Of a DNA stretch of 32,000 nt, positions 1 to 8,785 are shown piece by piece. Position 1 is the first letter of the stretch. Every line of letters starts with the position of its first letter. The stretch covers positions 810,001 through 842,000 of the forward strand of contig FP565575.1 in assembly GCA_000091165.1 (NCBI GenBank), in the 5' to 3' direction. The translations under genes and the position numbers were made by a program. Below the pieces are notes generated by a model. It saw nothing but the letters and a program-made list of their open reading frames with translations. It searched no databases and was not told the DNA's origin. The DNA is from Candidatus Methylomirabilis oxygeniifera. GTDB lineage: Bacteria; Methylomirabilota; Methylomirabilia; Methylomirabilales; Methylomirabilaceae.

Positions 1-834
1 CTGCGTATCGCCTCCCCAGGAGCCATCCGGCAATTGCGCGAGAAGGAGTTGGCCCTTCCAGACATTGCGGGCGTTTCGGACCGTCGGATCGCCCTGCAGC
101 TCGTGGGTGGCCGCAAGGAAGAGACCTTTGGACAGGTTCTCGCAGCCTGAACAATCCGGATCGACAACATCCCAGTCGGTGGCACGCGCAATGACCTGGA
201 GCGCTTCGGCCAATGCATAGTCGCGTTGATGCACATCCATCGCAGCGCGTATATCCAGTGATGCATCCCACGCGCCGAGGTTATTTAAACCCTGGGCAAT
301 GCGGCCGTCGATGCGGTTGTCGGCACGTACGGCGCCGGTCGGGAAGTCAGCCATCACGCAAGCGAACCACGCCTTAGCGACCTTGCGATAGTTCTTTTTG
401 CCTGCGGGGCCGACGATGCTCCCCACCTTTCCGAGATGGGAGATGTCCGTCAGGAACGACGTGTCCACCGTGTACGGCCGATCCGTGCCTGTCGCCGGGT
501 TTGCGTCGCAAGCAGGTGCGGCCGCGTGCTTCGCGATGAGCGCGTCTGCTGCGCGCGCTGCCGCAGCCAGGTGATCGCCGTCGTGCGTGACACGGTAGGC
601 ATCAACGAGACCGAGCGCGGTCACGCCGAAAAGGTTAGGGCAGGAGCCGCCGCAAAGGGAAAGGCCGACGACCCACTCCCATCCTCCGTCTGGATTTTGG
701 ATATCGACGAGGCGGTCGGCGCCGGCGTCGATTGCGGCCCGGATCGGATGAGGCGGATCTGCCACGGCGGGCGTGACCGGCGCGGCGACGAATAGCGAGA
801 CCACCAGCACATAAAGCAGTGTAGATTTCTTCAT
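1..834 (-). CDS. Secreted prenyltransferase/squalene-oxidase-like (alpha/alpha toroid) protein, C-terminus beyond window start
   Basis: Not in the ORF track because the frame is open to the window edge. Minus-strand ATG at 834-832 preceded by AGGAGG; translation MKKSTLLYVLVVSLFVAAPVTPAVADPPHPIRAAIDAGADRLVDIQNPDGGWEW...GQLLLAQLPDGSWGGDTQ, 278 codons without a stop. Signal peptide and two QxxxGxW motifs (QNPDGGW, QLPDGSW). Confidence 0.8.
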   Translation of the reverse strand, partial: MKKSTLLYVLVVSLFVAAPVTPAVADPPHPIRAAIDAGADRLVDIQNPDGGWEWVVGLSLCGGSCPNLFGVTALGLVDAYRVTHDGDHLAAAARAADALIAKHAAAPACDANPATGTDRPYTVDTSFLTDISHLGKVGSIVGPAGKKNYRKVAKAWFACVMADFPTGAVRADNRIDGRIAQGLNNLGAWDASLDIRAAMDVHQRDYALAEALQVIARATDWDVVDPDCSGCENLSKGLFLAATHELQGDPTVRNARNVWKGQLLLAQLPDGSWGGDTQ

Positions 835-1654
835 AAGATTCCTCCTCAAACTCGTAAAAGGTGATAAGGACAGAAAGCTACTTCTTCCGAGCGGTAAGGG
901 TTAAATCTTTTTTGACCCTCGACTTCGTTGTGTCATCTCATGGGCCATGATTTCCTTTCCGGCCGCGAAAGCGGGCCATCATTCGTTGAGAGTTGACGAA
1001 GCGGCTCCCGTGGGATGAAGGAGTTTTCGTAAAGAAATCCCCATAAGTGGCTCCAGTGCTCCATCATCGAGCCGAAAGTAGCGAATAATCGCGCTTTCGG
1101 CTCCGTATTATCGATATACGCCATTATGGCAACGGTCGCGGCAGTGTACAGTAGACTTATGCTTCGGTCAATACGCCAAATGGCGTATACATGAAGAAAT
1201 AAAAGCTACAATGCGATAAAACTAAGCCGGGCGTAATTATTCGATCATCTAAGGGTATATGGACAGCATATCGAACAACTATTTGTTCTTCTTGAACTTG
1301 CCGAAGGCGGATGCGCTCGCGGTTCGACGGGCTCATCATGAGCCGAATGGAGGCATCTACAGCCCGCATTAGCGATCAGTTATCAGAACCCAACCCCAGG
1401 TTGGGATGAAGTCAGTGCTTTACGGCCTACGGCACGAAGCCTTTGAGTGGGGGCAGAGCTGTCTCACGGAGGTGAACGCCCTTGTGATTACCGGGTTAGG
1501 TTGGCGAAAGGTCAATAAGAAGTCGTACCTGAACGTCTCATGCGACAGCAGGCGACCGGAGAGTACCTAGTAGCTTCATGGCAACACCTTATGCGCTGTC
1601 GGCGCACCCATGAGCATAATAAGTCTTTACGAGGCACTGCAACTCAGTGAGGCA

Positions 1655-1743
1655 TCATTGCAAGCGACCAACGGCAGCGCGGCAATCTCACCGTTGTTGT
1701 CCTGAACTACTGTGAAATTGCTTCGGCTTCGCCTCGCAATGAC
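1655..1743. repeat. Dispersed palindromic repeat, GTCATTGCGAG...CAATCTCAC family, copy 1
   Basis: TCATTGCAAGCGACCAACGGCAGCGCGGCAATCTCACCGTTGT...GTGAAATTGCTTCGGCTTCGCCTCGCAATGAC; ends are inverted repeats and it closely matches 2335-2443. Confidence 0.8.
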
Positions 1744-1908
1744 GTGGACGGGGTTTTCCGGCAAAACATCGTCGATAGATATCATTGACAGCGAGGGAAT
1801 GCCATCATATCATTGCATTGTTAGCGTCAGTGAATATTCGTATAACTCTTGCTTTCGTTATTAGTAAGACTCAAGATCGCGAGAGAGAGGAAGGCCACCG
1901 TGAGGGCG

Positions 1909-2169
1909 ATGGACGATCAAAAGACCACTATTAAGATCGTTCTGATAGTATGTCTCGCTGTCGCCTTATGCCTGATGCCCTGCGGCGTAGCCGGACAACA
2001 CCACGCATCGATGGGTACCCCCTCTATTTTCTGCGCCGTTGACCTCCCCCAACTCTTCCAACTTGTAATCGTGATGAATCTGCTTCTCTTTGCCCTCGTA
2101 ACGCCGATCATTGTTCCTCAGCCCCCCGCCTTCTCCCTCCTTAAACCCCCTCGTTTCGCCTTTTCCTAA
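1909..2169 (+). CDS. Small hydrophobic protein with signal anchor and a second TM segment (MDDQKTTIKIVLIVCLAVALCLMPCGVAGQHH...LFQLVIVMNLLLFALV), upstream of the RND operon
   Basis: ORF with internal ATG at 1909; hydrophobic N-terminus ending in an A-G-Q-type cleavage region; two hydrophobic stretches. Confidence 0.4.
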   Translation: MDDQKTTIKIVLIVCLAVALCLMPCGVAGQHHASMGTPSIFCAVDLPQLFQLVIVMNLLLFALVTPIIVPQPPAFSLLKPPRFAFS

Positions 2170-2206
2170 CTAACGGTACGACATACTCTATACTCTTAGA
2201 CCGTTT

Positions 2207-2266
2207 GTCATTCCGGGATTGATCCGGAATCCAGGGCCTTGCTGGATTCCCGCTTTTGCGGGAATA
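2207..2266 (+). repeat. Dispersed palindromic repeat, GTCATTCCGG...GGAATCCAGG...CTGGATTCCCGC family, copy 1
   Basis: 60 nt matching the reverse complement of 17101-17160 with about 9 mismatches and no gaps. Confidence 0.8.
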
Positions 2267-2334
2267 CCGCATGCGCCGGTGCGGCGCCCATGCGCATAAA
2301 AGTCTACGGTATGAGACCATCACTCCCTTGGCTC

Positions 2335-2443
2335 GTCATTACGAGCGACCAACGGGAGCGCGGCAATCTCACCGTTGTTCCCGGCGACTACGTGCCTCAA
2401 CGACTGTGAGATTGCTTCGGTCGCTTCGCTCCCTCGCAATGAC
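2335..2443. repeat. Dispersed palindromic repeat, GTCATTGCGAG...CAATCTCAC family, copy 2
   Basis: GTCATTACGAGCGACCAACGGGAGCGCGGCAATCTCACCGTTGTTCC...GTGAGATTGCTTCGGTCGCTTCGCTCCCTCGCAATGAC; terminal inverted repeat, same family as 1655-1743. Confidence 0.8.
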
Positions 2444-2474
2444 CCGCGAGGGGGACTTTAATGGAGAGACAGAG

Positions 2475-3755
2475 ATGATCAGAACGTTGAGAATCGGTTT
2501 TCTCATCCTTGGTGCGAGTATTGCGAATGTTGGAGCGGGAGGAGTAGCCACCGCCGAGGAGATGCTCCGCCTTCAGCCACTCGTCCAGGAGGCTCTTGCT
2601 GCGAATCCGGAGATCAGAGCGGAGGAGGGAAAATGGGATGCGGCCAGAGAACGGCCTCCCCAGGAAGGGTCGCTCGATGATCCGATGCTGAACTTTGAGA
2701 TCGAAAACCTCCCCACCCGGTCCTTCGGCTTCACGCAGGATGATATGACGATGAAGAAGCTCGGCATCTCTCAGACGTTTCCGTACTTTGGGAAGCTGAG
2801 TCTGCGGAGCGAGGTGGCTCAACGGGAGGCCAATGCTATTGGTCTGGCGTATCGGGATAAACGAAACGAGATCGTGCGGCGGGTCAAAGAGATATTCTAC
2901 GAACTGTACGCCATCGAACGTTCGCTGGAGATCGTGGAAGAGAATCGTGAGCTGCTGAAACAATTTGTGAAGATCGCTGAGACGAAATACAGCGTCGGCA
3001 AGGGGGTTCAGCAGGATGTCCTGAAGGCCCAGGTGGAGCTGTCGAAATTGCTGGACGAGCAGATCCGGTTGGAACAGAGCCGCCAGGCCGCAGGCGCCAA
3101 GCTGAATGCGATCCTGAATCGTCCCTCCCACACGCCCCTCGGTCGAACCGAGGACGTGTCTATGGCCGAGGAGACACTGACGGAGCTCGCGAAGCTCCAG
3201 GCCAAGGCGCTGGAGAACCGGCCTCTGCTCAAGGGGCTCCAGGAGGAGATCGAGCGGAGCAAAGCCGCCAATGCGCTTGCCAGAAAGCGCTATTTTCCGG
3301 ATCTCACCATGAGCCTAGGCTATGCCTTTCGGGAAGACTCCGCCATCGTCAGGCGATCCGACTTCTTTTCGGCTGGGGTATCCGTCAATATCCCCATCTA
3401 TTTCAGGACCAAGCAGGACCGGCAGGTTGCAGAGACCTCCGCCTTGATCAATTCGGCCAGAGAGCAGTATCAGGCCGCCAGGAACGAGGTGGCCTCGATG
3501 GTGAAGGAGCTGGTGACCGATATCGAGAAGGGACGCAAGCTGATTGATCTGCTGGAAACCGGCCTGATTCCACAAGCCCGACTCTCACTGGATTCTGCTG
3601 TTTCCGGCTATCAGGTGGGTAAGGTCGATTTTCTCACGCTGTTGGATAACCGGGTAACGCTCTTCAATTTCAAAAAAGAGTACTATCGGACGATGGGAGA
3701 GTACCAGATGAGCCTGGCACGGTTGGAGTGGGTCGTCGGCGCGCCTGTCCACTGA
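2475..3755 (+). CDS. TolC/CusC-like outer membrane efflux protein
   Basis: ORF 2256-3755 trimmed to ATG 2475 with signal peptide (MIRTLRIGFLILGASIANVGAGGVATAEE); outer membrane efflux family features; adjacent to CusB- and CusA-like genes. The upstream 73 codons translate through a repeat. Confidence 0.88.
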   Translation: MIRTLRIGFLILGASIANVGAGGVATAEEMLRLQPLVQEALAANPEIRAEEGKWDAARERPPQEGSLDDPMLNFEIENLPTRSFGFTQDDMTMKKLGISQTFPYFGKLSLRSEVAQREANAIGLAYRDKRNEIVRRVKEIFYELYAIERSLEIVEENRELLKQFVKIAETKYSVGKGVQQDVLKAQVELSKLLDEQIRLEQSRQAAGAKLNAILNRPSHTPLGRTEDVSMAEETLTELAKLQAKALENRPLLKGLQEEIERSKAANALARKRYFPDLTMSLGYAFREDSAIVRRSDFFSAGVSVNIPIYFRTKQDRQVAETSALINSAREQYQAARNEVASMVKELVTDIEKGRKLIDLLETGLIPQARLSLDSAVSGYQVGKVDFLTLLDNRVTLFNFKKEYYRTMGEYQMSLARLEWVVGAPVH

Positions 3756-3801
3756 GAATGCGAGCCGTGAGGCACGAAGTCAGAAGTTACAGGAGACATT
3801 A

Positions 3802-5079
3802 ATGCAAAGGACGAGGTGGATTATTGCCTGGAGTGTCATGATCGTCGCCGTCGGAGCGATCTTCATTGTCTGGTATGGCGGCGGGACGCGACTCCAGGAA
3901 CGGCTCAGCGACAGGCCGCCGTCTCCTCGGGAGCCGATCGCCCAGGCCGTAGGCAAGGAGGATCATGCCGGACATGAAGCGGCATCGACCTCTGCTGTGC
4001 AGGGCGGTCAGCCGGGAGCGTCCGAGATGAAGATGGCTCCCGGTGCCGTGATGGTCAGCTCGGAGCGACAGCAGTTGATCGGGCTGAAAACCGGCTTGGT
4101 CGAATACCGGTCGATTGAGCGAACGATTCGGACAGTCGGGGTGGTGGAGTTCGACGAACGACGCCTCGCCGACGTCAATATCAAAATCGAGGGGTGGATC
4201 GATAGCCTGCTGGTGAACTTTACCGGGGAGCGTGTCAAGAAGGGCCAGCCGCTCCTCACTATTTACAGCCCGGATCTGGTCTCGACCCAGGAGGAGTACC
4301 TGCAGGCGTTGCGAGCGAGGCAGACGCTCAGCAACAGCCGCTTCGCGGATATCGTGTCCGGGGCGGAGACGCTGGTGCATGCCTCGAAGCGACGTCTGCA
4401 GTACTGGGACATCAGCGATGAGGAGATCGCCGATCTTGAGCGAACAGGGACGCCACGCAAGAGCGTGACGATTGACTCGCCCATCACTGGGGTCGTGATC
4501 GAAAAGATGGCGGTTCGCGGTAAGAAGGTGATGCCAGGCGAGAGTCTGTACAAGGTGGCCGATCTTTCCACCGTCTGGGTCCAGGGGGAGATCTACGAAT
4601 ATGAGGTCCCCTTGGTCAAGCTCGGCCAGGCGGCGAATGTTACGCTGGCCTCGTACCCCGGAGAGGTCTTCCATGGTAAGGTCAGCTACATCTACCCGGT
4701 CCTGACAGAGAAAACCCGCACGGTAAAGGTCCGTTTCGAGCTTCCCAACACGAAAGACTGGAAGCTGAAACCCCAGATGTACGCCAACATAGAACTGAAG
4801 ATCCCCTTTGGCAAGCGTCTCGTTGTGCCCGATGAGGCAATCCTTGACAGCGGCACCCAGCAACTGGTTTTTATCGACAAGGGGCAGGGGACGTTCGAGC
4901 CGAGGGACGTGAAGGTGGGCGCGCGCGTGGAGGGCTACGTTGAGATCCTGAGCGGTCTGTCGGCCGGCGAGCGCGTCGTGACCTCCGCGAACTTCCTGAT
5001 AGATTCCGAAAGCCAGCTCAAAACCGCCGTCGGCGGCAAAGGCAGCATGCCCGGCATGGAGATGGCCCCGAAGAAGTGA
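3802..5079 (+). CDS. cusB-like: Heavy-metal RND efflux periplasmic adaptor, CusB-like
   Basis: AGGAGAC RBS; N-terminal TM, Met/His-containing linker (DHAGHEAA, EMKMAPG), IEGWIDSLLVNFTGERVKKGQPLLTIYSPDLVSTQEEYL and GRVLVPDEAILDSG-type adaptor signatures. Confidence 0.93.
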   Translation: MQRTRWIIAWSVMIVAVGAIFIVWYGGGTRLQERLSDRPPSPREPIAQAVGKEDHAGHEAASTSAVQGGQPGASEMKMAPGAVMVSSERQQLIGLKTGLVEYRSIERTIRTVGVVEFDERRLADVNIKIEGWIDSLLVNFTGERVKKGQPLLTIYSPDLVSTQEEYLQALRARQTLSNSRFADIVSGAETLVHASKRRLQYWDISDEEIADLERTGTPRKSVTIDSPITGVVIEKMAVRGKKVMPGESLYKVADLSTVWVQGEIYEYEVPLVKLGQAANVTLASYPGEVFHGKVSYIYPVLTEKTRTVKVRFELPNTKDWKLKPQMYANIELKIPFGKRLVVPDEAILDSGTQQLVFIDKGQGTFEPRDVKVGARVEGYVEILSGLSAGERVVTSANFLIDSESQLKTAVGGKGSMPGMEMAPKK

Positions 5080-5084
5080 GGTGC

Positions 5085-5203
5085 GAAAACCCCCTTAATC
5101 CCCCTTTACGAAAGGGGGAGGCAGGGAAACGTACAAGAATCCCCCCCCTTTACGAAAGGGGGGTTGGGGGGGTTTGTCGGAAACTGACGGCTGACTGCTG
5201 AAC
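5085..5203 (+). repeat. Dispersed repeat, CCCCCTTTACGAAAGGGGG double-hairpin family, copy 1 (between cusB- and cusA-like genes)
   Basis: Two hairpins: 5100-5118 (CCCCCTTT-ACG-AAAGGGGG) and about 5143-5163; near-identical layout at 27080-27202. Confidence 0.85.
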
Positions 5204-5222
5204 GCTGTTCCGAGGAAATCAG

Positions 5223-8200
5223 ATGATCTCGCGATTGATCGAGTGGAGTGCTACCAACCGATTCATCATCGGCCTCTTTACCCTCGTCGCTGTCGCTTGG
5301 GGGATCTGGGCACTGCGACATACGCCCTTGGATGCCATCCCCGACCTGTCCGATGTCCAGGTCATCGTTCAAACAGAGTGGGCAGAGCGAAGCCCGACAC
5401 TGGTGGAGGACCAGGTCACCTACCCCATCGTGACCTCTCTGCTTTCGGCTCCAAAGGTCAAGGCGGTCAGGGGCTTCTCCTTCTTCGGCGCATCCTTCGT
5501 CTATATCATCTTCGAGGATGGTACCAACCTCTACTGGGCCAGGAGCCGCGTACTCGAGTATATGCAAGGGGTCAAAGACAGACTTCCCCAGGGCGCTACC
5601 CCAGTCCTGGGGCCGGATGCGACCGGCGTAGGCTGGGGGTTCGAGTATGCGATCGTGGACGAGACCGGCCGGCACGATCTGGCCCAGCTTCGGACGCTGA
5701 ACGACTGGTACGTTCACCACTGGCTTCTCGCGGTGCCTGGCGTGGCTGAAGTGGCACGGGTGGGCGGCTTCGTCAAGCAGTATCAGGTCTCCATCGATCC
5801 CGCCACTCTTCTCGGGTTCAAACTTCCCATGGACCGTGTCGTCGAGGCGATCCGGAAGGGGAACAACGATACCGGAGGCCGGGTGGTGGAGTTCAGCGGA
5901 CGGGAGTACATGGTCCGCGGCCTTGGCTATATCAAGTCCATCAAGGACATCGAGGCGATTGTTGTCGGCACTGACGAACGCGGCACTCCGGTTCTCGTCC
6001 GGGACATCGGCCGGGTGGGTCTCGGGCCTGACATCCGCCGAGGCACCGCCGAGCTCAATGGTCAGGGTGACGTAGCCGGCGGGATTGTGGTAATCCGGTA
6101 TGGCGAAAATGCCCTGGATGTCATCCAGCGGATTAAGGAAAAGATCAAGACGATCACTCCGTCGCTGCCGGAGGGCGTCAAGATCGTCACCACCTATGAT
6201 CGATCCGACCTGATCTACCGCTCCATCGCCACGCTCAAGGAGAAGCTGATCGAGGAGAGCCTGATCGTCAGTCTCGTGATCATCCTATTCCTCTTTCATT
6301 TTCGAAGCGCGCTGGTGGTGATCCTGACCCTGCCGGTCGCCATCCTGATGTCGTTTATTGCCATGTACTACATCGGCGTCGGCTCGAACATCATGTCTTT
6401 AGGCGGGATCGCCATTGCGATTGGCGCCATGATCGACGCTGCCATCATCATGGTAGAGAACGCCCATACGCGGCTGGAGGAGTGGGAGAAGGAGGGGCGT
6501 CCGATCGACCGGACCCGCCTCCTGATTGAAGCGGCCCAACAGGTGGGGCGTCCGCTCTTTTTCTCATTGCTGATCATTACGGTCTCCTTCCTTCCGGTCT
6601 TCACGCTGGAGGCACAGGAGGGCCGCCTCTTCCGTCCGCTGGCCTTTACGAAGACCTTTTCCATGTTCTTTGCGGCCTTTCTCGCCGTTACGCTTGGGCC
6701 GCTGCTTATGGTCCTCCTGATGCGGGGGAAGATCCAGCCGGAGGAGAAGAACCCGATCAACCGCTTCCTGATCTGGGCGTATCAGCCTATCGTCCACCTC
6801 GCGCTCAGGTGGAAAAAGGTCGTGCTCGGCATGGCCCTCCTCGCCATAGCCGTCACTGTCCCGGTCTTCTTGAAGCTCGGCTCGGAGTTCATGCCGCCGC
6901 TATATGAAGGGACGCTTCTCTACATGCCGACGGCCCTACCGGGCGCCTCGATTGCCCAAGTCTCCCAGCTCCTCCAGATTCAGGACCGGATCATCAGACA
7001 TTTCCCGGAGGTTGAGTCGGTTTTCGCCAAAGGGGGGCGCTCCACAAGCGCCACCGACCCGGCGCCTCTGGAGATGATCGAGACGGTTATCAACCTGAAA
7101 CCGGAGGAGCAGTGGCGGAAGGGGATGACGGTCGAGACGCTGGTCGACGAGCTGGACACCGCGCTCCAGATTCCAGGTGTGAGCAACGCCTGGACCATGC
7201 CGATCAAGGCCAGGACCGACATGCTCAGCACGGGGATCCGAACCCCGGTCGGGATCAAGGTCCTCGGGCCGAAGCTTGAAACGATTCAGAGCATTGGCCA
7301 GGAGATCGAGACGGCGCTCAAGCATGTCCGAGGCACCCGGAATGTCTTTGCCGAGCGCGTGGTGGGCGGTTTTTATCTGGACTTCGACATCAAACGAGAC
7401 GAAATCGCGCGATACGGTCTTACTGTCGCCGACGTGGAGGACGTGATCGAGACTGCCGTCGGCGGCAGGATGGTGACGACAACGATCGAAGGGCGAGAGC
7501 GGTTCCCGGTCAATGTTCGCTATTACCGAGGGCTCCGTGACAGTCTGGATAATCTGAGGCGCGTATTGGTTTCGACCCCTATGGGTGCCCAGGTCCCGAT
7601 TACACAGCTCGCCGATCTGAAGCTCTCGAGCGGCACCACCCTGATCCGGAGCGAGGCCGCCGAGCTCGTCGGCTACGTCTATGTCGATGTCGCGGACCGG
7701 GACATCGGCAGCTATGTTGCCAATGCTCAACAGGTGGTGACTGAGCAGGTAAAACTTCCCCAGGGATATCATCTCATCTGGAGCGGACAGTTCGAGTATA
7801 TGCAGCGGGCTAAGGAGCGGCTGAAAATCGTTATCCCGCTTACGCTGCTGATTGTGTTCGTGCTGCTCTATTTCAACACGGCGAGCGTCACGAAGGTCTG
7901 CATTGTGCTACTCGCCGTCCCGTTTTCCCTCATTGGCGCCTTTTGGCTCATCTATCTCTTGGGATATAATCTGAGCGTGGCGGTCTGGGTCGGGATCATC
8001 GCCCTGGCCGGTGTCGATGCTGAGACCGGCGTCATCATGCTCCTGTACCTGGATCATGCCTACGAGAAACGGCTGGGTGCGGGGCGGATGGACACCATGA
8101 CAGATCTCCATGAGGCGATCAGCGAGGGGGCCGTGAAGCGAATTCGCCCGAAGATGATGACCGTCATGGCGATCCTGATGGGGTTGCTCCCGATCATGTG

Positions 8201-8375
8201 GAGCCACGGCGCCGGCGCGGACGTCATGAAACGGATCGCCGCGCCCATGATCGGTGGCGTTGTCACGTCGTTCATCCTTGAGCTGATCGTGTACCCCGTT
8301 ATCTTCGAGGTCTGGCGCAGCCGCCAGCTCGCGCGAGCTGCTGTAGTACAGACTCCTCACGAAAGAGAACGTTAA
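5223..8375 (+). CDS. cusA-like: Heavy-metal efflux RND transporter, CusA/CzcA family (CusA-like)
   Basis: 1050 aa; DAIPDLSDVQVIVQTEWAERSPTLVEDQVTYPIVTSLLSAPKVKAVRGFSFFG, FEDGTNLYWARSRVLEYMQG, AIGAMIDAAIIMVENAH. Confidence 0.97.
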   Translation: MISRLIEWSATNRFIIGLFTLVAVAWGIWALRHTPLDAIPDLSDVQVIVQTEWAERSPTLVEDQVTYPIVTSLLSAPKVKAVRGFSFFGASFVYIIFEDGTNLYWARSRVLEYMQGVKDRLPQGATPVLGPDATGVGWGFEYAIVDETGRHDLAQLRTLNDWYVHHWLLAVPGVAEVARVGGFVKQYQVSIDPATLLGFKLPMDRVVEAIRKGNNDTGGRVVEFSGREYMVRGLGYIKSIKDIEAIVVGTDERGTPVLVRDIGRVGLGPDIRRGTAELNGQGDVAGGIVVIRYGENALDVIQRIKEKIKTITPSLPEGVKIVTTYDRSDLIYRSIATLKEKLIEESLIVSLVIILFLFHFRSALVVILTLPVAILMSFIAMYYIGVGSNIMSLGGIAIAIGAMIDAAIIMVENAHTRLEEWEKEGRPIDRTRLLIEAAQQVGRPLFFSLLIITVSFLPVFTLEAQEGRLFRPLAFTKTFSMFFAAFLAVTLGPLLMVLLMRGKIQPEEKNPINRFLIWAYQPIVHLALRWKKVVLGMALLAIAVTVPVFLKLGSEFMPPLYEGTLLYMPTALPGASIAQVSQLLQIQDRIIRHFPEVESVFAKGGRSTSATDPAPLEMIETVINLKPEEQWRKGMTVETLVDELDTALQIPGVSNAWTMPIKARTDMLSTGIRTPVGIKVLGPKLETIQSIGQEIETALKHVRGTRNVFAERVVGGFYLDFDIKRDEIARYGLTVADVEDVIETAVGGRMVTTTIEGRERFPVNVRYYRGLRDSLDNLRRVLVSTPMGAQVPITQLADLKLSSGTTLIRSEAAELVGYVYVDVADRDIGSYVANAQQVVTEQVKLPQGYHLIWSGQFEYMQRAKERLKIVIPLTLLIVFVLLYFNTASVTKVCIVLLAVPFSLIGAFWLIYLLGYNLSVAVWVGIIALAGVDAETGVIMLLYLDHAYEKRLGAGRMDTMTDLHEAISEGAVKRIRPKMMTVMAILMGLLPIMWSHGAGADVMKRIAAPMIGGVVTSFILELIVYPVIFEVWRSRQLARAAVVQTPHERER

Positions 8376-8404
8376 GCTGATCATTGTCTTCCCGTTCCGA
8401 TCAC

Positions 8405-8506
8405 CACCTGCCGATTTTGTGGAACTTTTCACTTCCTGTCACGATTTAGCTGCTGAAAGGAGGTGAGATGACATGCCAAGAGCAGAGTTCTATTCCGATC
8501 TCCTCG
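8405..8506 (+). repeat. 102-bp promoter/leader plus first 11 codons module, copy 1 (non-functional 3' side)
   Basis: Gap-free match, about 85% identity by eye, to 10234-10335; includes AAAGGAGGTGAGAT RBS and ATGCCARGAGCAGAGTTCTAYTCSGATCTCCTCG. Confidence 0.85.
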
Positions 8507-8523
8507 GCGAGCCACACCCCGGA

Positions 8524-8637
8524 CTAGGCGATGGCCTCCTTGACTGTGACGACATGGGCCTTGCGATGAAAGACGCCGAGGTCCAGTGCCAGCATAAGCA
8601 GAACGAACGCGATGAATCCTAGCCATACCCAGATCAT
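8524..8637 (-). pseudogene. TerC-family membrane protein, N-terminal remnant with premature stop
   Basis: Minus-strand ATG at 8637: MIWVWLGFIAFVLLMLALDLGVFHRKAHVVTVKEAIA*, followed in frame by SGVWLAEE and then a junction with the 8405-8506 module. Matches the conserved TerC/Alx N-terminus as I recall it. Confidence 0.75.
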
Positions 8638-8785
8638 GTCGCGAATACCTTCGTCCGAATCCCGAGCCGTCTCATGAACCAATACTCTGTGAACGCCGCT
8701 ACGGCCGGCACCTTCAGGGGCAGGTCAGTCGAAAGGATTGTCCGGCGGGCCAGATCGGCCGACCGTTTCGGCGCCGCCGCGCACA

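Noticed and set aside
436-795. 119-aa plus-strand ORF
   Set aside because: Lies antisense to the secreted toroid protein (1-834 minus), which has a signal peptide, RBS and motif support.
2397-3131. 244-aa minus-strand ORF
   Set aside because: Antisense shadow of the TolC-like gene, with no family features.
3799-4863. 354-aa minus-strand ORF
   Set aside because: Antisense shadow of the CusB-like gene in high-GC DNA.
5085-5203. Possible CRISPR-like or tandem array from repeated C/G runs
   Set aside because: Only two hairpin units with no regular repeat-spacer pattern; better explained as a dispersed intergenic repeat.
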